This document shows, piece by piece, positions 28,518-39,061 of a DNA stretch of 64,000 nt. Below the pieces are notes generated by a model that made no database searches, was not told the DNA's origin, and was given only the letters and a program-made list of their open reading frames with translations. Where the stretch lies: the IMG/VR virus record IMGVR_UViG_3300027668_001405, positions 32,001 through 96,000 of that record; one strand, given 5' to 3'. The translations under genes were made by a program, and so were the position numbers. This DNA is from a virus. Position 1 is the first letter of the stretch. Each line of letters opens with the position of its first letter.

Positions 28518-29774
28518 ATGAGTGGATTTTGTTCATTACCTTTTGTACAGTACAGCACATATAACGGAGGCCGTTATAGACTTTGTTGTATGGCTAAAGA
28601 ACCAACTACACTTGTTAACCAAGAAGAGTTGGGTATTAATGGTACATGGAATCACGACTATATTAAAGATGTAAGACGTAGAATGACTGCCGGTGAGAAG
28701 TTATCCGAGTGCAGTGAATGCCATCACTTAGAACGTAATGGAATAATGAGTTCACGTCAATGGGAAAACAAAGTATGGGCAGATGTAATTGATGGAATCG
28801 TAGCAGACGCAAGTGCTAATGATTGGGAAGTTGATCAGCCATTACAGTTTGACTTTAGATTAGGAAACCTATGTAACCTACAGTGTCAGATGTGTAACAA
28901 AGAAGCATCACACTTGGTAAGCGTAGAACGTGCGGCAATGATTAAACGTGGACTAGGAGCTGACCACCCAGATTGGGAAGGACAGATTGCAAGCAAGAAA
29001 GAAGCACTTCTGCAACCTGGAATTGATTGGGTAGACTTTAAAGCCATGTTACCATATGCTCGTAAGATAAAACTAATAGGTGGCGAACCTACAGTAGCAA
29101 CAGATATGTTTAAGCTACTAGATATTGCAACAGAAAGCGGACACGCAGAACACATTGAATTAAGCTTCTACACAAATATTACAAACATGCAAGACAAGTG
29201 GCTAGCTCAGTTAGCTAAGTTTGAGAAAGTCATTGTTAACTGTTCACTAGAAGGAATGGGCGACATGAATGACTATTTGCGTCCACCTAGTAAATGGGCT
29301 AGTGTGTGGAAGAACTTTGATAAATTAGTACAGTTTGCTGATACTAAACCGGGTAAGCGTATTAAGGTACGGGTTACTACAGTAAACCAAATGACTAATG
29401 CATTGCACATAGTTCCTTTTTGGAAGTTTATGCATGATTACCAGATGACTAGTAATAGAGGCATTGGAATGAGTACCAATCAGCTAGTGGAGCCTGCTTA
29501 CTACAGCATGGCACATGCACCTGAATGGTTGAAAGAACAACAACGTGAACAGATTTTGGAATTTCTTAAGTCCATTGACAACAGCCCTCACTTTGAGCAA
29601 TATGAAGAACCACTCATGGAAGTGGTTAACTTTAGTCTTGATAGTGAGCACAAGTTTGATGCTAACATCATGCAACAATATGTCAAGGTCACCGAAAACT
29701 ACGACAGATTCAGAGGACACATGGTTACCAAAGTGTCTCCCGAATTTGAACGAATTAAAAAAGACTCCGAGTGA
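28518..29774 (+). CDS. radical SAM protein with N-terminal twitch/SPASM-like domain
   Basis: FCSLPF..LCC..CSEC; CNLQCQMC; GGEP; YTN. Confidence 0.9.
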   Translation: MSGFCSLPFVQYSTYNGGRYRLCCMAKEPTTLVNQEELGINGTWNHDYIKDVRRRMTAGEKLSECSECHHLERNGIMSSRQWENKVWADVIDGIVADASANDWEVDQPLQFDFRLGNLCNLQCQMCNKEASHLVSVERAAMIKRGLGADHPDWEGQIASKKEALLQPGIDWVDFKAMLPYARKIKLIGGEPTVATDMFKLLDIATESGHAEHIELSFYTNITNMQDKWLAQLAKFEKVIVNCSLEGMGDMNDYLRPPSKWASVWKNFDKLVQFADTKPGKRIKVRVTTVNQMTNALHIVPFWKFMHDYQMTSNRGIGMSTNQLVEPAYYSMAHAPEWLKEQQREQILEFLKSIDNSPHFEQYEEPLMEVVNFSLDSEHKFDANIMQQYVKVTENYDRFRGHMVTKVSPEFERIKKDSE

Positions 29775-29810
29775 TTACTCTTGGACATGTAAATGGAGAG
29801 TTAGATTCTA

Positions 29811-31019
29811 ATGAACTTTGGTTTTAAAAGTTATAACAGTTGGGACCCACTAAAGAAAGTATTGTTGGGTAGTACACTACCTGAGGGCTTCTTTGCAGAT
29901 TTCCCAGACCCTAAAGTAGCAGATGCTATGACTACAGTTAACGAGGAAACTCGTGAAGACTTAAACAACTTGCAATCAGTATTTGAGAGCAAGGGCATTG
30001 AAGTACATAGGATGCCAGAAGCATGTGTATTAAAGAATAGAAGGTTTAACAGTGTAGCTGAATTTATAGACATGCATGGATATATTCCTAAACCTTTTAA
30101 TGCACCAAGAGATGACCAAATCATTTTTGGAGAGCATATGATTACAGGAACATCAAATCCTGTACATAGAATATTCCATGGTACTAGAGAAGATACATTT
30201 AACATATTTGATAAAAAAGCACCCTGGGCAGGCTGTGATGATTTAATTGATATTGCAGATCCCAATCAAGAACTAAACATAATTGAAGCAGTTGGCAAAC
30301 CTAACTTTACAATGAGTTGGCCTAGTATTATGAGAGCAGGCAAGGACATTATAATTGATATACATGATTTTAATGGACCTACTAGACAGCTAGCTGAAAA
30401 CTGGGTAGACCGTTTTAATGAGAAGTTTGGTTATAAGTTTAGAATTAATACAACTACAATGGGTGGACACACTGACGCAGTAATGGCACTTGTTAAACCT
30501 GGGCTTATAATAAGTCATGTTAATGTAAACAAGTATGAAGAAACATTTCCAGGTTGGGATGTAATTAAAATAGATAGAACACACAACGATCATACAGTAG
30601 CTTGGAACGAATTCCGTATCTCAGAAAAAGATAAATGGAGAGGTAACAAACTAAATCCAGTAGCAGATTATTGGATTGCAGGACAAGAACACAACGTAGC
30701 ATTGAATAAATTTATTGACTTATACATGCACCCTAGCGTTGGCAGTTGTTTTGAAACAAACTTTGATGTAAACTGTGTAAGCATAGACGCTAATACAGTA
30801 GTTGCAAGTGGACCTAGTAAAGTGTTAGAAGATAAGCTAGGCAAGCACAACGTAGATGTAATTACGTCTAACATGAGGCACAGATTCTTTTGGGATGGTG
30901 GCTTACATTGTGCTACAGTTGATTTATACCGTGAAGGCGAGATGGAAGATTACTTTCCTGAACGCAGTGCAGGAGTTGATTTTGGTAAAGTGTGGGGCAA
31001 TAACGAAACACGCCGGTAA
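29811..31019 (+). CDS. amidinotransferase (AGAT/StrB1-like pentein fold)
   Basis: SWDPLKKV, APRDD, GGHTD, DGGLHCAT (Asp-His-Cys triad). Confidence 0.85.
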   Translation: MNFGFKSYNSWDPLKKVLLGSTLPEGFFADFPDPKVADAMTTVNEETREDLNNLQSVFESKGIEVHRMPEACVLKNRRFNSVAEFIDMHGYIPKPFNAPRDDQIIFGEHMITGTSNPVHRIFHGTREDTFNIFDKKAPWAGCDDLIDIADPNQELNIIEAVGKPNFTMSWPSIMRAGKDIIIDIHDFNGPTRQLAENWVDRFNEKFGYKFRINTTTMGGHTDAVMALVKPGLIISHVNVNKYEETFPGWDVIKIDRTHNDHTVAWNEFRISEKDKWRGNKLNPVADYWIAGQEHNVALNKFIDLYMHPSVGSCFETNFDVNCVSIDANTVVASGPSKVLEDKLGKHNVDVITSNMRHRFFWDGGLHCATVDLYREGEMEDYFPERSAGVDFGKVWGNNETRR

Positions 31020-31027
31020 ATTAATTG

Positions 31028-31035
31028 CATAAATA
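31028..31035 (+). promoter_or_regulatory. late promoter motif CATAAATA
   Basis: Intergenic inside the RS cluster, before RBS AAGGA. Confidence 0.5.
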
Positions 31036-31066
31036 TAATTATCAACGCATATAATAAAGGAAAACA

Positions 31067-31945
31067 ATGACTCGCATAGCTAAAGATATTACAGCAGGCA
31101 AGGACTTCATAGTCCATGTATTCGATGCATCTGAAGTTGACGTCAACGACAATTATAGATTATACGAAGCGTTTGAAAGTGGATGGCCTGTAGTTATTAA
31201 GAACTATAAAATAGAAGGACTTGATTACGATTACTATGATAATTTACCAGACTGGAATATTACAGATAACAAATGGGTAATGCCCTGGTACAATAGTCAT
31301 ATTAAGGCTCGTGACAGACTACGTAACGAGCGTGACTGGAGTGAAGATGAAATAGATTTGTTCCATAAAAAGCACAAACAATCAAACAAGGCATGGACTG
31401 ATAGTTTCGATAATATGTTTCCACAGTATAACACGACTGAGAAAATGCTCAGTCACAGGTACAATACATTAGTAGAGAACAAACTACACTTAGACGAGCT
31501 GGACGAACAGCATACTGGTAATGAACAGCAAATGCGTATGTTTGTACAGCTAGATAAAAAACGTCCTAGAGTATTATCATTTGGTCCTGACTTGGAAAAA
31601 ATGTACAATGATTACAAAGATGAGTTTAACTTGGGTGAGATTGACAAAAGCAATACACACAAATTTATAACTGAGATGCGTGATCGTTGTGTATGGAACG
31701 ACAAGGCTTGGGACCAGTTTCATCACCCACTACATTACATAACGTTTGATCCAGGTGACATTTGGTTCTTTAATGCACAATGGATTACACATCAAATTGT
31801 GTTTGGTACTAAGCTACAATGCTTTGAATGTGATATTCAAAACGATAGCTTACTACACCCAGAGTGGGCAATGAAGCAAAGAATACAAACTTTAGATAAC
31901 AACGACAATTCAGCATGGGGCGGTACTACCGTCAGCATGGAATAA
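31067..31945 (+). CDS. Fe(II)/2OG oxygenase, Kdo hydroxylase (KdoO)-like
   Basis: SHRY..NKLHLD, MRMFVQLD..PRV, FDPGDIWF..HQIVFG match the KdoO-family layout (recollection). Confidence 0.6.
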   Translation: MTRIAKDITAGKDFIVHVFDASEVDVNDNYRLYEAFESGWPVVIKNYKIEGLDYDYYDNLPDWNITDNKWVMPWYNSHIKARDRLRNERDWSEDEIDLFHKKHKQSNKAWTDSFDNMFPQYNTTEKMLSHRYNTLVENKLHLDELDEQHTGNEQQMRMFVQLDKKRPRVLSFGPDLEKMYNDYKDEFNLGEIDKSNTHKFITEMRDRCVWNDKAWDQFHHPLHYITFDPGDIWFFNAQWITHQIVFGTKLQCFECDIQNDSLLHPEWAMKQRIQTLDNNDNSAWGGTTVSME

Positions 31946-31957
31946 CAAGGAATAATA

Positions 31958-33025
31958 ATGAATAAACCAGTAAACGCATGGAGCGAGTTTCAACCATTAC
32001 GAAAAGTAATGCTTGGTGCTCCATTTCCACCTGAAACATTTGATTGGCATAAGGACGAAGAAACTCGTCGTGTAATGCGACAGATTTTTGAAGAAACAGC
32101 AGAGGACATAGAAGTGCTGTCGGGGATATTAAAGGACAAAGGCATCGAAGTGGTGCGTCCTAAGAATATATTTACAATCACAGGTGAAGAGCAGATTCAA
32201 TTACCTTGGATGCATTGCGGATTTCCAAATCATCCGTTAATGCCTAGGGATACGTTAATGCCTTATGGCAATACAATATTTGAACTGTTTACAGGTAGCG
32301 ATAATCGCTACTTTGAGAATCTGGCCTACTACGATCATTGTTCGCAATGGTTTAGAGAAGGTGCAGGTTGGGTTAGTATGCCAGGAGTACTAGTAGAAAG
32401 TGGTAAGAAGTACGACCACTTTGTTAAAAACAATCGAGTACTATATCATGCGGCTAACATGATTAAGTGCGGAAGTCACGTTTTGTTTAGCCAACCCTAT
32501 GAGGGAGACAACAAACGTGGCAGAGGTACGGAGCTGGGCCGTGAATGGATTCAACGTGAAATAAAGTTGCGATATCCTAATACCAAATTTTTGGACATTC
32601 CAGTAGGAGGACATATCGATGGCAAAATAGCACTACTAAAACCTGGCGTACTAATGACTTGGAATAAGAACTGGGTTCCAGAAGAAATGAAACACTGGCA
32701 CATTATAGAAGTGGCTGATGAATTTGATATGCCACAGGATTTTCAACAAACTCGTAAACAACGTTTCCATAAAGATTATGTAAGCAAGTGGCTTAGTCAT
32801 TGGGTAGGTTGCCCAGACGAAAGTGTGTTTGACGTAAACGTATTATCACTAGATGAAAATACAGTTATATGCACAGGTAAAAATGAGGCCGCTTTTGCTG
32901 AGATGGAAGCACATGGTATCGAACCAATTTACTGGAACTTTAGACACCAGTATTTTTGGGACGGTGGCATACATTGTTTAACAAGTGATATTGTTCGAGA
33001 AGGCGAGTGTGAGGACTATATCTAA
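31958..33025 (+). CDS. amidinotransferase (AGAT/StrB1-like), second paralog
   Basis: SEFQPLRKV, MPRD, GGHIDG, DGGIHCLT. Confidence 0.87.
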   Translation: MNKPVNAWSEFQPLRKVMLGAPFPPETFDWHKDEETRRVMRQIFEETAEDIEVLSGILKDKGIEVVRPKNIFTITGEEQIQLPWMHCGFPNHPLMPRDTLMPYGNTIFELFTGSDNRYFENLAYYDHCSQWFREGAGWVSMPGVLVESGKKYDHFVKNNRVLYHAANMIKCGSHVLFSQPYEGDNKRGRGTELGREWIQREIKLRYPNTKFLDIPVGGHIDGKIALLKPGVLMTWNKNWVPEEMKHWHIIEVADEFDMPQDFQQTRKQRFHKDYVSKWLSHWVGCPDESVFDVNVLSLDENTVICTGKNEAAFAEMEAHGIEPIYWNFRHQYFWDGGIHCLTSDIVREGECEDYI

Positions 33026-34072
33026 ATGCATTGGGCCAGACAAGTACATAATTTACAATTAGATATTTCTAGTCATTGTAATGCGGCTTGTGGTGCTTGT
33101 GTACGAAATAAAGATGGAGGAATAACAGAACCTCAACTAAGTCTAGATAATTTTGATGTTGCGTTATGGAAGCGTTTAGCATCAGAAGACACACGTGGCT
33201 GGTATGTAACTAAATTAACATTGAATGGTAATTGGGGTGATCCAATGATGCATCCAGATTTGATTGAGATGTTAGAAATATGGAATTATCATCACCCAGA
33301 ATCTTCGTTGTTTATTGCAACAAATGGAAGTATGCGAAGCAAACAGTTTTGGTTAGATCTTGCTAGAGTTTCTAGACAGTTTCCAAATTCTAAAGTTGAC
33401 TTTGCAGTTGATGGGTTAGCGGATACACATCATTTATATAGAAGAAAAACTATATTCTCTAAGCTAATAGAAAACATAAAACATTTTACAAGTGCCCAAG
33501 GCAATGCATGTATGATGATGACTGTGTTCAAACATAATCAACATCAAATTGAAGATGTAAGAGCATTAGCCGAAGAAACAAAGTGTAGGACATTTGTAGC
33601 AAGACGCAGTCACAGTGACGACATGCACATTAAAACTGATACTGAAGACTACACAATGTATGCTGGAGATACTAAGCAGTACAAGCAACAAACAAGATTT
33701 GATCAAGGTTGGAACAATAGTGATATCCGTGATGCTAGTGTGTATGGTCAAATTAACGAGCAATTTGATACACTATATGAATTTGCAGAGGATAGCAAGT
33801 GTCCTTGGTATAAGGATCAAGAAATACAAATAGACCCTTGGGGTGTTGTATGGCCTTGTTGTCATATAAGTCTACTAGGCGTAGATTTGGATAAACATAC
33901 ATTGACAGATTCAGCAGATAATAGTATAATAGAAGCTAGGAAGTCTAATAACTTGCACAACTATAGTCTGACTGAAGTACTATATAACGAATGGTTCTCA
34001 ACTACTGTACCGAATGCAGTAGAGAATGCATCGTGGCAGATATGTAGAAATAATTGCGGAGTATGTAAATAA
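33026..34072 (+). CDS. radical SAM protein with C-terminal SPASM/twitch domain
   Basis: CNAACGAC, GNWGDP, ATNGS; KCP..WPCC..CRNNC. Confidence 0.9.
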   Translation: MHWARQVHNLQLDISSHCNAACGACVRNKDGGITEPQLSLDNFDVALWKRLASEDTRGWYVTKLTLNGNWGDPMMHPDLIEMLEIWNYHHPESSLFIATNGSMRSKQFWLDLARVSRQFPNSKVDFAVDGLADTHHLYRRKTIFSKLIENIKHFTSAQGNACMMMTVFKHNQHQIEDVRALAEETKCRTFVARRSHSDDMHIKTDTEDYTMYAGDTKQYKQQTRFDQGWNNSDIRDASVYGQINEQFDTLYEFAEDSKCPWYKDQEIQIDPWGVVWPCCHISLLGVDLDKHTLTDSADNSIIEARKSNNLHNYSLTEVLYNEWFSTTVPNAVENASWQICRNNCGVCK

Positions 34073-35325
34073 TGTATAACAACCCAATGTTAAATGATTC
34101 AAGATATCCAACGTGCTTGGCACCTTGGAATGCTCTTACGATCAAATGGGGTGGAGCAGTACTTCCTGATATTATATACAATGGCAAGTTTGGAAACATT
34201 ACAAGACAAACGCTACCAGAGATATTAAACAGTGACGAAGCAGTTGCATTACGTAAGTCGCATGCAAGTAGAATTATTCCACCTGCGTGTTTAGCATGTA
34301 CTAAGAAAGAGAAAAGTGGTAAGAGTCGTAGAATGTATTTCTGGGACAAACTAGATGTAGATGTTAAAAAGGGCAGTATTAAAAATACAGCTAACAGTAA
34401 GCCAGACATACGTTACTTAGATTTTACTATCAGTAATAAATGTAACCTAGCATGTATACATTGTAATCCATTTGTAAGTACAGGCTGGACTAAAGATGGT
34501 AAAAAGTTAAATAAAGAAAAGCCGGACTATTGGGAACAATCACCTATTGGTTATCATGGCGTTGAAGATATGACGTTTTTGGATAACTTGTTTGCTGACC
34601 CTGAATACTTTCGTAACCTACAATGGGTTGCGTTAAGAGGAGGAGAGCCATTGTATGACGAGAGTTGTAAAGCAATCCTACAATGGTTTATTGACCAAGG
34701 GCTAGCTAAGAACATTATGCTAGATATCAGTACAAATGCTACAGTGTTTGACAATGACTTCCAAGAGATATTTAAGCACTTTAAACACATTGAGCTACTT
34801 ATTAGTATTGAAGCAGTAGACGAACTGTACAGCGTTGTACGTGGAGGTAAGACTACCTCATTTGAGCAACTAGAAGATAACATTGAAAAGTTTTATACAT
34901 ACGATAACATTGAAGTTGTGTTTGCCGTTACAGTAATGATTACAAATATATTTGGATTAGATAAAGTATGGAATTGGTTTAAAGAAAAGCATATGCACAG
35001 AGCTAGTATTAGCATGAGCAATGTTGTAGTTAACCCAGCCTATCTTAATATTGCATATATGCCAGATGTACTAAAATGGATTATGCATGACAAGTTACTA
35101 CAGATACCAGATCAAAGTATTTGGCCTAAGGGTAGCTATCATTCAGATGAGATACATTATCAAACTGGTATCCATGCTATACGTGATGGATTGCAAGTTG
35201 AAGTAGATGAAGAACTACAAGAAAAGCAATGGAGTCATTTTGTTAAATATACTAAAGACCTTGATAGATTACGAGGCACAGATACATTTAAATTAATTAA
35301 GGAATTAGCTTTATACAATGAATAA
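34072..35325 (+). CDS. radical SAM protein with a degenerate N-terminal twitch domain
   Basis: TCLAPW..LPDII (no CC)..CLAC; CNLACIHC; GGEP; STNA. Confidence 0.88.
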   Translation: MYNNPMLNDSRYPTCLAPWNALTIKWGGAVLPDIIYNGKFGNITRQTLPEILNSDEAVALRKSHASRIIPPACLACTKKEKSGKSRRMYFWDKLDVDVKKGSIKNTANSKPDIRYLDFTISNKCNLACIHCNPFVSTGWTKDGKKLNKEKPDYWEQSPIGYHGVEDMTFLDNLFADPEYFRNLQWVALRGGEPLYDESCKAILQWFIDQGLAKNIMLDISTNATVFDNDFQEIFKHFKHIELLISIEAVDELYSVVRGGKTTSFEQLEDNIEKFYTYDNIEVVFAVTVMITNIFGLDKVWNWFKEKHMHRASISMSNVVVNPAYLNIAYMPDVLKWIMHDKLLQIPDQSIWPKGSYHSDEIHYQTGIHAIRDGLQVEVDEELQEKQWSHFVKYTKDLDRLRGTDTFKLIKELALYNE

Positions 35326-36265
35326 AATACAATATGGCACAATGGATAAGCCATTATCAATTAATAATCCAGACTTTACAAAAACAGGAAACAGTGTATG
35401 GAATCAACAGTACATGGAATACCTGACAGAAAATTACTTTCCTAATATTGATCCTGCTACACTGCCACAAGAACAAGATACATTCTTAGCAAACTATCCA
35501 AAATGGATTGCTAGTAGTAAGCTGAACAAGTTCAAAGGACTAGATGCATTTAAGCACAGGTTTGTTAGCTTAGGTGTAACACAGGCACTTGACTATTGGC
35601 ACTATTGGTGTCAAGCTAATGGATATAACTTAAAAGTATATAGAGGTGAGTACCCGTACAATAGAGATGCACAAATTAATAACCCAATGGAATGGGGAGA
35701 TAGCATTGATGACATTCCACTACAAAAAGGTGACGCAGTAATAGTAAGTGTTCCGTTTAGTGGTACAGGTAAAAAACCAGAGCATTGGCAAAAACTAATT
35801 AATACATGCAACGACCTTGACATTCCAGTGTTTGTTGATTGTGCATGGTTTGGTACATGTTTTGGTATTGAAATAAACTTAAATGAAGAATGCATTAAGA
35901 TGGTTGCATTTAGTACTACCAAAGGATTAAGTTGTGGAAACTGGCGCAGTGGAATTACTTTCAGTAGAGAAAATAAAGGAAGCCTGGCAGTACAAACAGA
36001 ATGGTATCATGGGATACATCTTAACTTAGCTATTGCTAATAGTTTAATGAAGGAATTTAGTCCTGACACTATTGCAAAGAAATACAAAGAAGCACACGTA
36101 GCAGTATGTGAGCATTATGGGTTTGAAACAACAAATACAGTACACATTGGTATAGCACCCGCAGGCCCAGATTGGGATGCGTATCATAGAGATGGTACTT
36201 ACAATAGAATTAATATTGCTAAAGCAATAAAGCGTTACAAAAACAAAGGCAACTTTTATGAGTGA
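35318..36265 (+). CDS. PLP-dependent fold-type I enzyme (aminotransferase-like)
   Basis: VFVDCAW (PLP Asp), FSTTKGL (Schiff-base Lys), R.G. Confidence 0.7.
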   Translation: MNKIQYGTMDKPLSINNPDFTKTGNSVWNQQYMEYLTENYFPNIDPATLPQEQDTFLANYPKWIASSKLNKFKGLDAFKHRFVSLGVTQALDYWHYWCQANGYNLKVYRGEYPYNRDAQINNPMEWGDSIDDIPLQKGDAVIVSVPFSGTGKKPEHWQKLINTCNDLDIPVFVDCAWFGTCFGIEINLNEECIKMVAFSTTKGLSCGNWRSGITFSRENKGSLAVQTEWYHGIHLNLAIANSLMKEFSPDTIAKKYKEAHVAVCEHYGFETTNTVHIGIAPAGPDWDAYHRDGTYNRINIAKAIKRYKNKGNFYE

Positions 36266-36710
36266 TAAACCTATTAATATTACTACATCTAGATCTAATG
36301 ATTTTCCGATAAGAGCTAATTATATGTTTGACAACATTGGCCCAGGAAATTGTGAAGATATTATTTGGCAAAATGTAGTAGATACAGTAGGCGAAATTGA
36401 ACAGAATGAAATTGGTGTAGGTGTAACTCAAAGTTATCAGTACACAAAATTACATGACAAACCAATTATTTTAACAAAATGGCAAGGTATGAAAACAGCT
36501 AATGGACCCGAGTTTAGAATTGGATTAGGAAAAGGCATACCAGGTAGTAAACAAACTCCACCTATAATGTCTGGAAACTTTAAAACGGGTGTTCAAGTTA
36601 ATAGTACACTATCAATACAATCAGTTAAACTAGGCAGTAGACAAGGTAAGTTTTGTATTCAAACAGATGGTAAATGGTATGCTATTCAAATAGGAGATCA
36701 AGTTGAATAA
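36258..36710 (+). CDS. hypothetical protein
   Basis: 150 aa coupled ORF. Confidence 0.65.
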   Translation: MSDKPINITTSRSNDFPIRANYMFDNIGPGNCEDIIWQNVVDTVGEIEQNEIGVGVTQSYQYTKLHDKPIILTKWQGMKTANGPEFRIGLGKGIPGSKQTPPIMSGNFKTGVQVNSTLSIQSVKLGSRQGKFCIQTDGKWYAIQIGDQVE

Positions 36711-37836
36711 ACTACCTGACAATGCATGTGCATATCCTTTTAAGGCAAGTATGTTGATGCATGGTCAACCGGCAACACCTTGTTGCAGATTTCATACTAG
36801 GTTTCTTAAAGGCAATGGGTTTACTGAAATACGTGAAACAATGATGCGTAATGAATGGCATCCAGGATGTTACAAATGTAAGTCAGATGAAGAAGTTAAA
36901 GGTAGCAGTATGAGAACTGAAGCTGACGAATTCTTTGATGACTTTGATGACGTAGTACGTTTAGAGTACTTAGAAATAACTGTAGGCAGACTTTGTAATT
37001 TAGCATGTCTAAGTTGTGGTAGTGATTTTAGTACTACATGGGATAAAGATGAACTTGCATTAGGCATTAGTTCACCAGAGAAGATTAGCAAATTAAAAGA
37101 AGTACAGGAATACGATTTAGATAACATGGACCTAGATAATTTAAAACATATTAAGTTTATAAAAGTAACTGGTGGAGAACCGTTCTTGCATAAGCAGTTT
37201 TTAAATTTACTAACTAGACTAGCAGACAGTGGATTAGCTAAACAAATAGACATAGAAATATTTACAAATTGTACATACTATCCAGAGAAGAAGCTAGAGC
37301 TTGATAGCTTACTAGCGTTCAAACTAATACACATAAGTCCTAGTATTGATGGATATGGAACTACAAACGACCTCTTAAGATACCCTTCTAAGTGGAATAA
37401 AATTGAGGCAACACTTGACAAGTGGATAGAGCTAAAAGTAGCTACAGGACGCTTACACATAGCCACAGCCACCACTGTAAGCGTTATTAACGCCCCACAG
37501 CTACATGAGTTCATACATTGGGCGAGAATACATAAAGGAATAGATGTCGTGTTACAGACGGTATTTGAGCCACATTATTTAAGCGTAGAGCATTGGCCAA
37601 ATTGGTTCAAGCGTACACTAAAGTTAACAATTGATCAACAGTACACAGGCTTTAATAAGAACGCAGGTAAGTTTAAAGCTAGTCATAAACTATTAAAACA
37701 GTTATGTGAAACAAATACTACAACAGATAAGAGTGTACAATACGTAATAGAATTAAAGAAGATGCTGTCACATAGAGGGCAAGATATTAACATGGCACCT
37801 AAGTTTGCTAAGATATTGGAGTATCATGAAAGATAA
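36703..37836 (+). CDS. radical SAM protein with N-terminal twitch/SPASM-like domain
   Basis: ACAYPF..PCC..CYKC; CNLACLSC; GGEP; FTN; TTG start. Confidence 0.88.
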   Translation: MNKLPDNACAYPFKASMLMHGQPATPCCRFHTRFLKGNGFTEIRETMMRNEWHPGCYKCKSDEEVKGSSMRTEADEFFDDFDDVVRLEYLEITVGRLCNLACLSCGSDFSTTWDKDELALGISSPEKISKLKEVQEYDLDNMDLDNLKHIKFIKVTGGEPFLHKQFLNLLTRLADSGLAKQIDIEIFTNCTYYPEKKLELDSLLAFKLIHISPSIDGYGTTNDLLRYPSKWNKIEATLDKWIELKVATGRLHIATATTVSVINAPQLHEFIHWARIHKGIDVVLQTVFEPHYLSVEHWPNWFKRTLKLTIDQQYTGFNKNAGKFKASHKLLKQLCETNTTTDKSVQYVIELKKMLSHRGQDINMAPKFAKILEYHER

Positions 37837-39061
37837 TAAAGAATTAAAAAAGAGTGAGACATTCTGTATGTTACCATTTATGCATATATATGGAACAGCA
37901 GGTGGCGACTTAGTGCCGTGCTGTGAAGCACAGGAAACTCCATTAAACAACCCAGGCGAGACAGCTCTAGAAAGTTGGAACAACGACAACTACAAAGAAC
38001 TAAGACGTGCTTTATCAAATGACGAAAGACCAGATCGCTGTGAAGTGTGCTGGCACAATGAGGACAGTGGAGTAGTAAGCAATCGCAAGCAATGGGAAGA
38101 CGACAATTGGGAAACGTTTTCTAATGAGATAGAAGTTAATGACGATTGGAGTGTTAACAATTCACCTAAGTGGGTGGAACTAAAAGTAAGTAATTTTTGC
38201 AACCTAAAATGTATTATGTGCAGTACGCATAGTAGTTACAAGCGTGTTAAAGACTTAGACATTATAAGCAAGTACACAGCAGATGGATATGAAACTAGAC
38301 TTTTACGCCCAACTACTTTATTTGCAAGTTTAAATGAATGGCCCGAGTTATGGGAAAATGTTCATACACTACAATTTACAGGTGGAGAACCAATTATTAA
38401 CCAAGAGCATTATGACTTGCTTGAAGGGATACCTAAAGACATACGAAAGAATATAAAGTTACGTTACGCTACAAACCTAAGCATGATTAAGTTTAAGAAA
38501 TATGACTTAGTAGAAATATGGAACGAGTTTGCCGCTGTAAATATTAAAGTAAGCATGGACGGCATCGAAGACGTGTACAATTATATTAGACAAGATGGTG
38601 ATTGGGATACAGTATATGCTAACATGCTAGTACTGAGCAGTGAACCTACAATTAATTTAGCAGTAGGCATTACAGTACAATCACATAACGTATTTCATAT
38701 GCCAGAGTTTTATGACTTCTGGGCAGACAATATAGTTAAGCTAGATTTTATTACAGCTAACGTATTACACACACCTAAGTATTTAAGTCCAGCACTTTGG
38801 CCTGCTAACGTTAGGAAGCCTATAGTTGATAAGTTAAAAGAAGCATTGCCCAGACACCCAGAAATGAGAAAGTTTATTACTTACATGTTAAGAAATAAAC
38901 CAAATGCATTGAACTATTCAAAGATGCGTAAGTATACCAGAGATTTAGAAGCACGATATCCTAAAGAAATTACATTAAAAAGTATGCTTAAAAAGTATCT
39001 TAAAATAAAACTAGAAGGCATGGACATAGTTGATGAGAGGTTGAAGAATGAAAAAAGGTGA
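37826..39061 (+). CDS. radical SAM protein with N-terminal twitch/SPASM-like domain
   Basis: FCMLPF..PCC..CEVC; CNLKCIMC; GGEP; ATN. Confidence 0.9.
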   Translation: MKDNKELKKSETFCMLPFMHIYGTAGGDLVPCCEAQETPLNNPGETALESWNNDNYKELRRALSNDERPDRCEVCWHNEDSGVVSNRKQWEDDNWETFSNEIEVNDDWSVNNSPKWVELKVSNFCNLKCIMCSTHSSYKRVKDLDIISKYTADGYETRLLRPTTLFASLNEWPELWENVHTLQFTGGEPIINQEHYDLLEGIPKDIRKNIKLRYATNLSMIKFKKYDLVEIWNEFAAVNIKVSMDGIEDVYNYIRQDGDWDTVYANMLVLSSEPTINLAVGITVQSHNVFHMPEFYDFWADNIVKLDFITANVLHTPKYLSPALWPANVRKPIVDKLKEALPRHPEMRKFITYMLRNKPNALNYSKMRKYTRDLEARYPKEITLKSMLKKYLKIKLEGMDIVDERLKNEKR

